From assembly GCA_965197745.1 (NCBI GenBank), contig CBDANS010000007.1, positions 480,001-544,000 on the forward strand: a stretch of 64,000 nt of DNA, given 5' to 3'. The notes below the pieces were generated by a model. The model was not told the DNA's origin. It did not search any database and worked only from the letters and a program-made list of their open reading frames with translations. This document shows, in pieces, positions 21,763 to 32,258 of this stretch. Numbering within the stretch: the first letter of the stretch is position 1; each line of letters starts with the position of its first letter. The position numbers and the translations under genes are program-made. This DNA is from Opitutales bacterium (GTDB taxonomy: Bacteria > Verrucomicrobiota > Verrucomicrobiia > Opitutales > PNEW01).

Positions 21763-23579
21763 AGCTTTAAATTGATATTTGAATATTGAATTGGAAATTT
21801 AATTTCGAAACAGTTCAAGGTAAATTCACATGGGACTTCTTAAGTTATGATCTCGATTAAATAATATAATTAATTATAAAAAGAATTCTATTATATCTTC
21901 ATTTAAATTTTAGATATCCATGCAGATAGATACCCTGATTAAATATACCGCTCTAAGCGTTCTGATGACAACGGGATATTGTCTTACCTATGGTCAGCAA
22001 TCTCGCCGTCTTGTCAGCCAGGATGAGGTGACTAAAGTTTATATTTCAGACATCAGGGCAAGATACACTTATAAAGTGGAATCAGCAGGCATTCCCACAG
22101 GGAAGGGAAGGGTGTTTATTATAAGTCAAGATTCTGAAGGGAAAAATGTGCGTCAATCGGCAGTATTTTACCAGAAGGGTTTTATGGTAGATAAAGTAGA
22201 ATCCAGTTTTGAAAACTCCTATGATCTCGCACCCGGAAGTTATGACCTTAAAATATTACGTGGCATTAATGCACCTGCTGATCTTGAACGTGAACGTAAT
22301 AAAGTGGTCGTCCTGGAAGGAAAAGTTACCACGGTTAACCTTGGACAGACTGGGCGATTACAATGTTTATGTAAAGATTTCGACGGAAAAAATATTCGCC
22401 CAGATGTTTTTGTTTCATTATATTATAATCAAGAAAATCCTGATTACCATTCTAAATCTCATACTAGTAAGGATTTCGAGTTACCGCCCGGTAAATATAC
22501 GATAAAGGTATCTTATTCTAAATCAGTATCCCTGTATAAGGATGTAGAAATCAAATCGGGTAAGCTTACGACCGTTGAAATAGCCGGCTTTGGAAGACTG
22601 AAATGGACTTATACCGATCCTTCAGGAAAGCGTTCCTATCCGGAAGTTTTTATATATAAGGGAAAAGAGGTAATGGACGGCAATAATAGTGATACAAGCA
22701 ATGATGCTTATGATCTCCCGCCCGGAAACTATACCCTGGAATTTTCAAATGATCATATGTACGGCAAGGCGGAAAAGACGATTGCGGTTACCGCGGGGAA
22801 GACCGTCACGCAAAATATTAACGAGCTGATCGGAAGGCTGGATTTATACATAACCGACGCAAAGAGAAAAAAAAATAAGTCCTTCAGTGTCTATCAGTCA
22901 AAAGGGAAGATTCATAAAACCTTTTAATGCCGACGACTGGGGAAAAACATCAAGTAATGATCCGATAAAATTAAATTTAGCCGCTGGAACCTACGATATA
23001 GGTATCAAAAAATCTTTGACTGAAAGAATCGATCGCAAGGGTATTGTCATAAAGAATGGGCAGACTACGCGGCTCGATGTGAAATTTGGGTTCGGGAAAT
23101 TAAATTTAATCGCGAAAGATGAATTCGGTTACGAAACCAGTGATGTAAATTATGATCTATTCGTGAAGGGTAAAAAATTTGATAACTATGGTGAGGGAGA
23201 AAAGGTTCCCGGCGGCTACTCCTACGAAATGCCCGTTGGCATTTACGACATCAAATTCATGCTTGAATGGGATGAGATCTGGCGCAAGCAGGAGAAAGTG
23301 GAACTCGATAAGACGACCGTGGTTGAAGTGCGAAAGGATCACGGGAAACTTAAATTGATCACAAAAGGTATCTATCAGAAGAAATTGCGCTCATTTATCA
23401 CTATTGAGCAAAACGGAAAATACGTTAAGCAAAACGGAAAGGATTTTATCCACGAGCAATATAAAGATCCTTTCGATTTAAAAGTAGGTAAATACGACTT
23501 TAAAATTTAGGTAATTAATAGATTAGGGCTTGACAAAATGGATAAGATTCACAAGCTTAGGATAAAAGGAGAAAATAAA

Positions 23580-24449
23580 ATGAACCTAATATCCGTATTA
23601 AAAAAATATCCTACTCAACAAGCTTGCATCGACCATTTAGAGGTTGTCAGGTGGAAAGGAAAACCGTGTTGTCCGCACTGTGAAAGCGATCATGTAGCGC
23701 GTAAGAAGGAAAAAAAGAGAGTTGGCCGATGGAACTGCCACGATTGCCAGAACAGCTTTAACGTGCTTTCAGGGACAGTATTTCAGGGAACTCACGTCCC
23801 GCTTCAAAAATGGTTCCTTGCAATTGCGTTGATGGTAAATGCAAAGAAAAGCTTATCGAGTTGCCAGTTGGCTCGCGATCTGGAACTAAATCAAATGTCT
23901 TGCTGGTATATGCAACAGCGTATTCGTGCGGCTATAGCAAGCAAGGAGCGTCGTTTCCTGAATGGTGTAGTTGAAATGGACGAAACTTATATCGGTGGGA
24001 AGCCACGACGCAGTAAGGACGATGATGACCTTCCAAAGCGTGGTAGGGGAACCAAGAAAACTCCTGTTATAGGCGCGGTAGAGCGTGGTGGTAAAGTTAT
24101 AGCCAAAGTTGTCGATGATCTGAGCAGATTTGGTGTACTACGTTTTATTAACAGCGCAACCGATGCTGATGAGACTATCTTAGTTACCGATGAATTTCCC
24201 GCATACAAGATTCTCGATAATCTCTTGGCTAGGGTCACTATCAATCACAGTGAGAGCTATGTAGACGGTGATGTTCACACCAACTCAATAGAAGGGTTTT
24301 GGTCTCACTTGAAACGTGCTTGGTTTGGTCAGCACCACCATTATAAAAAGCTTTACATGCCTTTATACATCGCTGAGGCATGCTGGAAGTATAATCAACG
24401 GGAACGCAATGACGGATTCAGTGCATTCCTTAATATGGCGATGAATTGA
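23580..24449 (+). CDS. IS1595 family transposase
   Basis: Zn ribbon CPHC..CHDC, VEMDETYIGG, LVTDE, HTNSIEGFWSHLKR; ATG 23580 follows AGGAG. Confidence 0.95.
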   Translation: MNLISVLKKYPTQQACIDHLEVVRWKGKPCCPHCESDHVARKKEKKRVGRWNCHDCQNSFNVLSGTVFQGTHVPLQKWFLAIALMVNAKKSLSSCQLARDLELNQMSCWYMQQRIRAAIASKERRFLNGVVEMDETYIGGKPRRSKDDDDLPKRGRGTKKTPVIGAVERGGKVIAKVVDDLSRFGVLRFINSATDADETILVTDEFPAYKILDNLLARVTINHSESYVDGDVHTNSIEGFWSHLKRAWFGQHHHYKKLYMPLYIAEACWKYNQRERNDGFSAFLNMAMN

Positions 24450-24463
24450 AAGGAATTAATACA

Positions 24464-24783
24464 ATGACAGAAGAAGAGAAAGATCGTGAGATTGGTAAAA
24501 TGTATCGCGAACATGGAGAACAAAAAAATCATTTGAAATGCCTTAGATCAAAGGCAAGATCAATGAAGCAAACTATATAGATGGGGTTAGCAATCTGCTT
24601 GACGAGCGTCCCTTTAATTACGCCGTGGGAAGAGGGAAATTATTGTATTTCGTGCCAGGAACAGGTGGGGCGCGTAAGGAAATTTCTTGGGCTTCCGAAG
24701 AAGAACTTTGCCAGCTAATAGAAGAGATTGATTCGACGAAGCAGAGAATTGATGAGCTTAAAAATGAGTTGGGTCTAGATTGA
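24464..24783 (+). pseudogene. IS passenger gene (~105 aa, unknown function) with 2-bp frameshift
   Basis: RBS aagga; MTEEEKDREIG...MKQTI* continues as DGVSNLLDERP...ELKNELGLD* if one TA is removed from actatatag (~24572-24580). Confidence 0.55.
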
Positions 24784-26617
24784 AGCGCGTATTAAACATC
24801 AAGCCCAAATCTATTAATTACCAAAATTAATTTAGATAATGCACCGATTATTTACAGGGAGAAATTGGAGATTAAACAGGGTTTGATCACTACCATAAAT
24901 TTAACCGATTACGGTCAATTGGCATGGGAGTTGAAGGATGCGCTTGGAAAAAAAGAACAGGCAAAAGTGAAGATCACACAGAAGGGTAAAGAAATACACT
25001 TCAATCAGGGAGAGGAGAACTTTGTAAATCTTCGCGAGGGGAAATACGATGTAGAATTAGATTTCAACTCTGCATTAAATAGTAAACACCCGAATGTCGA
25101 AATCATTAAGGGGACTACGACTACATTAGAAATATCCGGCCATGGTCGTTTAAACATAATTGCCAAGCCAATCGAAGGTAAGGGGGCACCAAGAGTTAAT
25201 ATATACCAGAAGGGGAAATTAATTGCTGAGGTCGTTGCCGATGCAGGAAGCACCTTCGATCTACCACCTGGTATTTACGATTTGAAGTTTTGGAATGTCG
25301 GGACCACCGACACGGAGCGAAAGGGTATTGTGATCAAGGCGGGGGAGGAAACAACCGTTGAGGTAGGCGGTTACGGTCGACTGAAATTTAAAGTCGTTAA
25401 TAAAGCGGGTGAAGAAACAGGGGGTGCGGTCTATCTCCGGCAAATTGGAAAGACCATTCATAATAACTGGCTTAGTGTATTAGATTTATCAGAGGGCACT
25501 TACGATTTAAAGTTGTTTATTTCAGGATCCGGTAATTTAGAGAAGAAAGGAGTAAGGATTCATAAAGGAAAGATCACAACCCTAATAATAAAAGGAAAAG
25601 AAATAACGGTGGTACCGGGTAAGACAGCGAGACTTAATTTTATCGCGCGTGATGCCCTGGGTAAAAATATTCCAGCCAAAGTTCGCATATTCTGGGATTC
25701 CGCGAAGGGTGCGGATTCTCCATTGAAACAAGCGGATTCGAAAGCGGGAGCTTCTATCGATCTTAAACCGGGTAAATACACGGTAGATTTCGACTTTACC
25801 GCAGAAAATTTTAAAGACGTATCATTTAAGGATATCGTGCTTAAAGATAGGGAGGAAAGAACATTAGTAGCTGATAATTTTGGACGTGTTCAAATTTCAG
25901 TGACCGACAAGTCAGGTAAAGATGTATCTTATATCGTTACCCCCATGTATCACTCTGATAATGAAAAAAGTGCCGCCTATACGATAAGCAATAAGGCACA
26001 CTATGATCTACCGCCGGACACTTATGATTTCATGTTTTATGTAGAGGGTGAAAGAATCTGGAAAAAAAATATCGCGGTCAGTAAAGGCAAGATTACGACG
26101 GTAAAAGTTGTCGTTGATAAAAAGGATACGCAGAAAAATTATCTGCAGTCATGGCTGGGAGTGTGGAATACCAATCGGGGCGAGATGAGAATCGGCCAAC
26201 AGGGCGATATGCTTGCGGGTGAGTTTTTCTATCACCGGGGAGGAAAATTTGAAGGCACTCTCACCAGCCCCACTCAATTGCGCGGAATATGGACAATCGA
26301 TTTCCCTTCCCTGGAAGGAGATTTTGAACTGAACCTGTCAGCTGACGGGAAAAGCTTTAAAGGTCAATTCAATGAAGAGCGCGGTGCACAGATGGACAGA
26401 TCCTGGACCGGAATTAAAAAATAAATCCCCTCACTATTGTTTGGGGTGCTCGTAATAATAATATTCGTGATACTCTCAATATCAAGCGCGGCGTAATTCA
26501 ATTTCTGATCCGCCATTGGAGAGGCAATCCGACGGAATTTCGACGCGTACTGTCAGCCCTCTGGATTGATAGACGACTTATCGCATCTCCTGATTTTTTA
26601 TAGTTGCACTCCAAAAC

Positions 26618-26641
26618 ACGGCCACGCTCCGTCGTGGCCGT
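26618..26641. terminator. Perfect 9-bp hairpin between convergent genes (REP-derived, possible terminator)
   Basis: acggccacg-ctccgt-cgtggccgt; resembles the palindrome near 29490-29514. Confidence 0.5.
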
Positions 26642-26659
26642 TTAAGATGCACCCATTGT

Positions 26660-29263
26660 CTAACCCATATCGCCTTGGCGGCTTTTTTTGCCATTGAGCG
26701 TATAGAGGGTAAGCCCCTCTAAGGGTTTCTCTTTTTCCGGTATGATGAGGCTGGCAAGATACCCGACGCTGAAGCAAACTAACAGGCCGATAAAGGTGTA
26801 GAGGAAAAAGTGGATTGGGGTGTGATATTTAATGAAAAACAGGACCATCGCGCTGGCGATGGCGCCGATGAAAGCTCCTATCCCTTTCGCCCGTTGCGTA
26901 AAAATGCCGAGGGCAAAGAGGCCGGCTAGCCCACTGCTGAATAACCCGACAACGGCGGCAGAAAATAGGGTGGCGGATTTAATATCAAAGGTAACCATTA
27001 AGAGAGCGATTGCCGTGGCAAAGATACCGCTGAGCAAGGTAATCCAGCGGGCTAGAATAAAATAGGAATGTTCTGATTGGTTGGGTATAAAGCGTCGATA
27101 AATATCGGTGACAAAAACAGTGGAGATCGAATTCATACCGCTGTCTATACTGGACATCGCTGCGGAAAAAATAGCCGCAATAAGAAATCCGGCGAGACCG
27201 ACGGGAATACTTTGAGCAATATAGAGAGGAAAAATCGCATCGTTCTGCATCCCCAGGGTGATGCCCTCGGGATGCGTTTTATAATATACGTAAAGAGCTG
27301 ATCCCATGACAAAGAAGACAATAGCAGTAGGAATTCCGATAATAGCATTTAACCATAACCCCCTTGCCGCTGATTTTTCGTCTTTGGTTGTTAAAAATCT
27401 CTGGATCCTGGCCTGGTCGGAGGTTAAGACCACGATAGTTCTAAAGACACCCCCTAAGACAACGACCCAAATCGTGGGAGCGGTTAAATCCCAATCCAGG
27501 TAAAGCATGCGAAATTTATGATCAGCCATACCTGTATCAATGACCCCCATGACACCACCATCGATGTGAAAAGTGACTGTAATGATGGCGACAAAAATTC
27601 CGGTAAAGAAAATTATAACTTGCAAAACATCTGACCAGATTACCGCTTCAATCCCTCCGAGTGCCGTGTAAAAAGTGCAGAGTATACCCATGGTGAGTAT
27701 GCACACATAAATATTAATCCCGGTGATGGTGGAAAGAACAATGGCGGGCAGGTAGAGAATGAGGCTGATCCTTATCAATTGAAAGATGATAAACTGGGCA
27801 CTGCCAAATAAGCGAACGGCAACATTAAAGCGTAATTCCAGGTATTCATATACCGTCGTAATGTTTAATCTCCGGTAAAAGGGGAGATAGAAATAAATAA
27901 TTATAACAGGTACGATAAAGGCACCAATCGTAGCGGGAGCCATGAACCAGTCCGTGGCATAAATTATAGCAGGAGTAGCGATATAAGTCAGAGCGCTCAG
28001 TCCTGTTCCCAGCATACTGATCGCCGCAGCCCACCAGGGGATGCGGCGGCCGGCTAGAAAATAATCTTCCGTTCCTTTCTCCCGTTTGGAGAAATAGAAG
28101 CCCATGCAGACGAGGATCAAGAGGTAGAGGATAAGGAAACTGTAGTTGACGGTGCCGAAGGAAGCTTTTGATCCCGATTCGTGCTTCATGTATTGAATCC
28201 TGGGCGTACTTTCACCGGGTTGAAACTCACCACTTGTAATCACAATGCCTCCTTTCCATGACACGGCCTCAGCATTTACCACCGCAAGTGGAATATCCCC
28301 TTTATTAAGCCAGGTATCAGTAATCGTGTGATAAGCGATGAGGTCGTGTGAATTGGTTGGCTGCCACTCACCTTCGCCACTGCTTGCATCCTTATGGGAT
28401 CTGCCTCCAAAAATTATTATATGGGATTGTCCATAGTTGATTGCCGGGGCTGCCGTTACCGGGTGAGGGGTGTCAGCAATTTGTTCCCATTCCTTGTGAC
28501 GCAGGGAATAGCGATAGCCGTCGGTTAGCGATTGTGTCTGATGTTTACCATTATCACCTGGTGTCAGGCTTTCTCCACCGATCATATAAATATAACTTTT
28601 ATCTCCCGTATTTTGGCCAACTACTCTGGCTTTAATCCGAGGCGGACCCTCCCAGGGGTCTAATACATTCCAGTGCGCATCTTTCCGTGTAAGATCGAGC
28701 GACCAGAAAATATTAGTTGAATCTGAACTCTTGGGTCCGACGTCGCTCCCGGCGACGTATAGCGTATCATTGATAAGTGCCGCGTCGATGAACGAGACGG
28801 GTTGCGGAAGAGATGGCAGGGACTCCTGATCGATCGTCTGAGAAACAGCATTCCACGTTAACCGGGTTACCCTGTCTTGATTGCCGTCTGCATTTATCCC
28901 ACCAATCACTATTAAACTATCGTCTCTACTTACGGATGCACCGTTAGCGAGTGGTGCCTTCAATTTATATCCATCCAGCCACTCACCCTGTTCATCATCG
29001 GTAAGCACATAGATAGCGTCATTCCAGGCAGTGCGGTCATCATTAAGATTGCGAGGGTCAAGAGAGTTTGCGCCACCCGCGACTACGAGCGCGCCATTGC
29101 TGACACCCGCGAAAGCGCCGCTCAGGCCAGGGGTATTGGGCAGTTCGGGGAGTTCTTTCCAAGTGATAGCTTCGTCCCTCTGACGCTCAACATTATTGCA
29201 GCCACTAAAAAACAGGATAGCCGTAATGGATAATGTGATAATCTGTGAGTACTTCATTATCAT
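26660..29263 (-). CDS. Kelch (NanM-like) beta-propeller fused to sodium:solute symporter
   Basis: Lipobox LFFSGC; Kelch GG motifs (LVVAGGAN, LIVIGG, IYMIGG, IIIFGG); SSS from TEDYFLAGRRIPWW onward. Confidence 0.9.
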   Translation of the reverse strand: MIMKYSQIITLSITAILFFSGCNNVERQRDEAITWKELPELPNTPGLSGAFAGVSNGALVVAGGANSLDPRNLNDDRTAWNDAIYVLTDDEQGEWLDGYKLKAPLANGASVSRDDSLIVIGGINADGNQDRVTRLTWNAVSQTIDQESLPSLPQPVSFIDAALINDTLYVAGSDVGPKSSDSTNIFWSLDLTRKDAHWNVLDPWEGPPRIKARVVGQNTGDKSYIYMIGGESLTPGDNGKHQTQSLTDGYRYSLRHKEWEQIADTPHPVTAAPAINYGQSHIIIFGGRSHKDASSGEGEWQPTNSHDLIAYHTITDTWLNKGDIPLAVVNAEAVSWKGGIVITSGEFQPGESTPRIQYMKHESGSKASFGTVNYSFLILYLLILVCMGFYFSKREKGTEDYFLAGRRIPWWAAAISMLGTGLSALTYIATPAIIYATDWFMAPATIGAFIVPVIIIYFYLPFYRRLNITTVYEYLELRFNVAVRLFGSAQFIIFQLIRISLILYLPAIVLSTITGINIYVCILTMGILCTFYTALGGIEAVIWSDVLQVIIFFTGIFVAIITVTFHIDGGVMGVIDTGMADHKFRMLYLDWDLTAPTIWVVVLGGVFRTIVVLTSDQARIQRFLTTKDEKSAARGLWLNAIIGIPTAIVFFVMGSALYVYYKTHPEGITLGMQNDAIFPLYIAQSIPVGLAGFLIAAIFSAAMSSIDSGMNSISTVFVTDIYRRFIPNQSEHSYFILARWITLLSGIFATAIALLMVTFDIKSATLFSAAVVGLFSSGLAGLFALGIFTQRAKGIGAFIGAIASAMVLFFIKYHTPIHFFLYTFIGLLVCFSVGYLASLIIPEKEKPLEGLTLYTLNGKKSRQGDMG

Positions 29264-29280
29264 AGAGTAGATGCGAAAAT

Positions 29281-29681
29281 AATAGTCGAAAGTCAAAGGG
29301 CGAAGATCAAATAAGGAAACGCGTATACCCGAACAAGTGTATGCGATAATGCAATACGATAAATCATCTTATGGAGGGACACGTGGTGCTTGTCGGCCAT
29401 AGCCCAACGGGCGGCTGTTGATCGCGACCGCACCTATTGTCATCGCGAGGCTGGACATGATGCAGGATGCACGATACAGGATCCAGTGTGGAGGACCACG
29501 CTCTGTCGCGACCGAACCTATTGTCATTGCGAGGAGCAACGCGACGCGGCAATCCAGGGTATTTGCCCGACATCTTCCACTCCAGGGATATGTCAAAACG
29601 TGACCGACTTTCCCCTGGAATGTAAGATGTCGTTACACTCGGTAGCCGCGGTCGGCTGATAGCCTACCTCGCAATGACAAT
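29281..29681. repeat. Composite repeat cluster (heptamers, TGGAGG palindromes, TGTCATTGCGAG REPs)
   Basis: Same module order as 11205-11487; includes a 41-nt perfect copy of the REP at 3923-3963. Confidence 0.8.
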
Positions 29682-29773
29682 TTTATAAAATCTCTTTCTT
29701 GTGCCTTGTGGAAGATCTCGCTGCGCTCTGATAGTGGCTATTCCCAATCGAAAATCAGCATTCGGCAATGATC

Positions 29774-31999
29774 TTATTCAATCGTGATCTCTTCAGTCGT
29801 TACCGTGACCTCATCCCCGTCTTCGTTGGCGAAGGTGGCATCAATGCTCAGTGTAGGCTGAGGCGTTTCGTCAGACTTGAAGTTGTTCTGCGTGATCAGG
29901 GTCTCAAACCCGGTGGTTGTTGAACCACTCTCCGCGACGACTACTGCGGCACCGTTCGTCTGCATCAGGTCTCCTCCGGTGATACGCATCCCGGGGTTGC
30001 CCGCCGGCACCGTGAAGGATCCGTCTCCGAACAGCAGGTGCGGCACCGCATCGCCATCGGCGTCAATGTCGCCCACTGTTAAGCGTACTGCGATCGGCAC
30101 GCCGCGCGCATCGAAGCCGACCTTGCCCGTGCTTCCACTGAATACGGCATTCGATAACTGTACCCCTCCCAGTCCCGTGGAGTTGACTACTTCCACGACG
30201 GCCACGTCGGCCTGGGCGTCATAGACCTGTCCTTCGGGGAACAGTGCCTGGTTAAAGGCGTTGATCCTGCCCACCGTGAAGATGCTGAAGAAGGTATTGG
30301 CGTCGGCTCCGTCGATGACCACGCTGGGCTTGCCCGTTACATACTCGACTGACTGGTTGTAGCGCGGGGGTATGGCCGGGGGCAGGAAAGTGGCCGGGTC
30401 CAGGGTTACGGTAAAGGTCCCGTTACCTGAGAACTCTACCTGCACAATGTCCTCGTTTTCGTCCATGAAGGAAACACGGGTGATTTGTCCCGGTTTGGCC
30501 TGGAGTTGGACGGACTCTCCGGTGAGTAATATCTGGTCGAAGACGTTACCGTTGGCATGCTGAATGTCTTCACCCGCGATATCACCTGAGCCGTCAAGCA
30601 CGAGGGGAATGGAAGGTGCTGACACGGTGATGACCGCGGTATCGCTGTCAGCGGTGCCTCCGGCGTTTGTTACCTGCGCCCAGTAGTTCGTGCTCGCGGT
30701 GAGCGCACCGGTGGTTAGCGTGCTGCCGGTAGCGCCGGCGACGGGAGCTGCGGTGTCACCGCTGTTACCGGTATACCACTGGTAAGTAAGATCGTCACCG
30801 CTGGCGGCGACGGACAAGCTCGCCGTGGCGCCGGATGCAACTTCCTGGCTCGCCGGCTGGGTGGTGATCGAGGGGGCATCAGCGGGTGGGGGACCCTCGG
30901 AGCCGGTGCCCGGGGCACCGACAGGAGTAAATCCAAAATCGTCGATGGTAGTACGACTGAAGTCAGGATTAATATCAGGATCATCATTAATAACCAGCTT
31001 GCCAATACCTCCCGGAGCTCCTAATTCAACCGCGTTGATCGTTATAAAACGGGGTTTGAACAGGGGGTCGAGGTGACCTTCTAAATCCCTAAAGGTAGCG
31101 AGTAAGTTATCGTTTGTGTCGTAGACTTCAATGGAGCCGTCAGGATCGGTGCCGCCGGCGACAACGGTATGCACAGCAAAAGTATCTATTTCATAAGCCG
31201 GAGTTTCAAAGGTGACGGTAAAAGAGTCGCCATTAAAAACGCCGTAAGAATAAGGCCACGAACGCACATAGGCGGCATTACCTGAAGCGACGAAGATAAT
31301 GAATCCTCCTTCTAAAGTAATACTGTTGGGCGACGTTCCGACGGTTAAAATTTCATTCTGTCCCTGCCCGGTGCTAAATTCCCTGAAAGACGTGTATACT
31401 GTATTGTTTGAAGGGAAATCCGTGAGGGTAAACCCCAGATCATCGAGCACAAATTTTCCCGTAACATTCAACACCTTCATTTCGATGATACCGTTAATGA
31501 AATTAAAATCGGTTTCATCAAGAAAAACACCGCTGTCGGCGACAAAGCTGTATAATGTGGGATTGGCGCCGGGGCTGATATTGGTCGGAAGTCCATCGAT
31601 TCTGCCACCATTGTCAGGGATAACAACGACAACATCATTGTTGCCTCCCGACTGGCCTAAATTTACCTCACCTCGTAACTCCATTCTGCCACCACCTGTC
31701 GTTTCGCCCGCGTAATATTCGAGAAATTGAATCCCTCTCGAAGATGAAATCCGCCCCTCCTGTCCGGGTCCCAGGGTAATCGCTTTTGTTCCTGAATGTA
31801 AAAGCGCAGGATCCTCTAACGTTTCCACCGTGAATCCGGACAGCGTTACTGTGTTTGGCTCCTGACCTATAATGATAGTGCCTTCTCCGCTGATATCTTC
31901 GAAATCAGTGAATACCTCCAGGTCCTGTGGCAGGGCCATGAGAAGAACAGGGCATGATACGATAAATATAAAATGGGCTAGCGATTTTTTGACTGACAT
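29774..31999 (-). CDS. Secreted modular protein, paralog of 14749-16968
   Basis: Colinear with the 739-aa protein; Ig and C-terminal domains nearly identical, N-terminal domains differ in blocks; GGAGG RBS. Confidence 0.75.
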   Translation of the reverse strand: MSVKKSLAHFIFIVSCPVLLMALPQDLEVFTDFEDISGEGTIIIGQEPNTVTLSGFTVETLEDPALLHSGTKAITLGPGQEGRISSSRGIQFLEYYAGETTGGGRMELRGEVNLGQSGGNNDVVVVIPDNGGRIDGLPTNISPGANPTLYSFVADSGVFLDETDFNFINGIIEMKVLNVTGKFVLDDLGFTLTDFPSNNTVYTSFREFSTGQGQNEILTVGTSPNSITLEGGFIIFVASGNAAYVRSWPYSYGVFNGDSFTVTFETPAYEIDTFAVHTVVAGGTDPDGSIEVYDTNDNLLATFRDLEGHLDPLFKPRFITINAVELGAPGGIGKLVINDDPDINPDFSRTTIDDFGFTPVGAPGTGSEGPPPADAPSITTQPASQEVASGATASLSVAASGDDLTYQWYTGNSGDTAAPVAGATGSTLTTGALTASTNYWAQVTNAGGTADSDTAVITVSAPSIPLVLDGSGDIAGEDIQHANGNVFDQILLTGESVQLQAKPGQITRVSFMDENEDIVQVEFSGNGTFTVTLDPATFLPPAIPPRYNQSVEYVTGKPSVVIDGADANTFFSIFTVGRINAFNQALFPEGQVYDAQADVAVVEVVNSTGLGGVQLSNAVFSGSTGKVGFDARGVPIAVRLTVGDIDADGDAVPHLLFGDGSFTVPAGNPGMRITGGDLMQTNGAAVVVAESGSTTTGFETLITQNNFKSDETPQPTLSIDATFANEDGDEVTVTTEEITIE

Positions 32000-32258
32000 G
32001 ATTACCCCTCCCTTTGAGGTGATGGTTTACGGAATGAAGATAAGAACAGACATGCTTTAGTATATATGAATTATTGGTAAGTCAAAATTTAATAATTATT
32101 TTTAATGTAATAATAGACTTTTTATATAAGATACAGGATTTTTAAATATGCACCGTTTAAAATGCGTCCCTAGCTGTTTAGATTTCGCACCTGCGAATAT
32201 CGAATTCTTTCCAACACGCTCTACCTCTTAACATGCGCATGTTTTGCCAGGCAGTTTT

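Larger units (their letters stand above)
23510..24822 (+). mobile_element. IS1595-family insertion sequence (1313 bp)
   Basis: Terminal IRs ggtaattaatagattagggcttga / tcaagcccaaatctattaattacc (24 bp, 1 mismatch); flanks aaaattta (23502-09) and aaaattaa (24823-30) form an 8-bp TSD with 1 mismatch. Confidence 0.93.
21920..26424 (+). pseudogene. ~1060-aa secreted beta-sandwich repeat protein with C-terminal beta-barrel-like domain, broken by a +1 frameshift and IS1595
   Basis: ORFs 21920-22927, 22887-23510 and 24865-26424 share the repeat G.L...D..GK...(Y/F)DLPPG.Y..K...I..GK.T. Removing one A from A9 (22867-22875) and the IS plus one TSD gives a continuous 3183-nt frame. Confidence 0.85.
20794..26503. 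mobile_element. Integrase-less island bounded by diverged direct repeats of the symporter 3' end
   Basis: 20794-20856 (tattgtttggggtgct..ataatattcgtgatact..caatatcaagcgcgg.gtaattcaatt) recurs at 26435-26503; interior visibly AT-rich. Confidence 0.75.

Noticed and set aside
29360..29681. CRISPR array
   Set aside because: Repeats are palindromic, partly inverted and irregularly spaced, without unique equal-length spacers; no cas genes.
14749..31999. Diversity-generating retroelement behind the variable paralogs
   Set aside because: No reverse transcriptase or template repeat in the window; differences include indels and all base types rather than adenine-specific changes.
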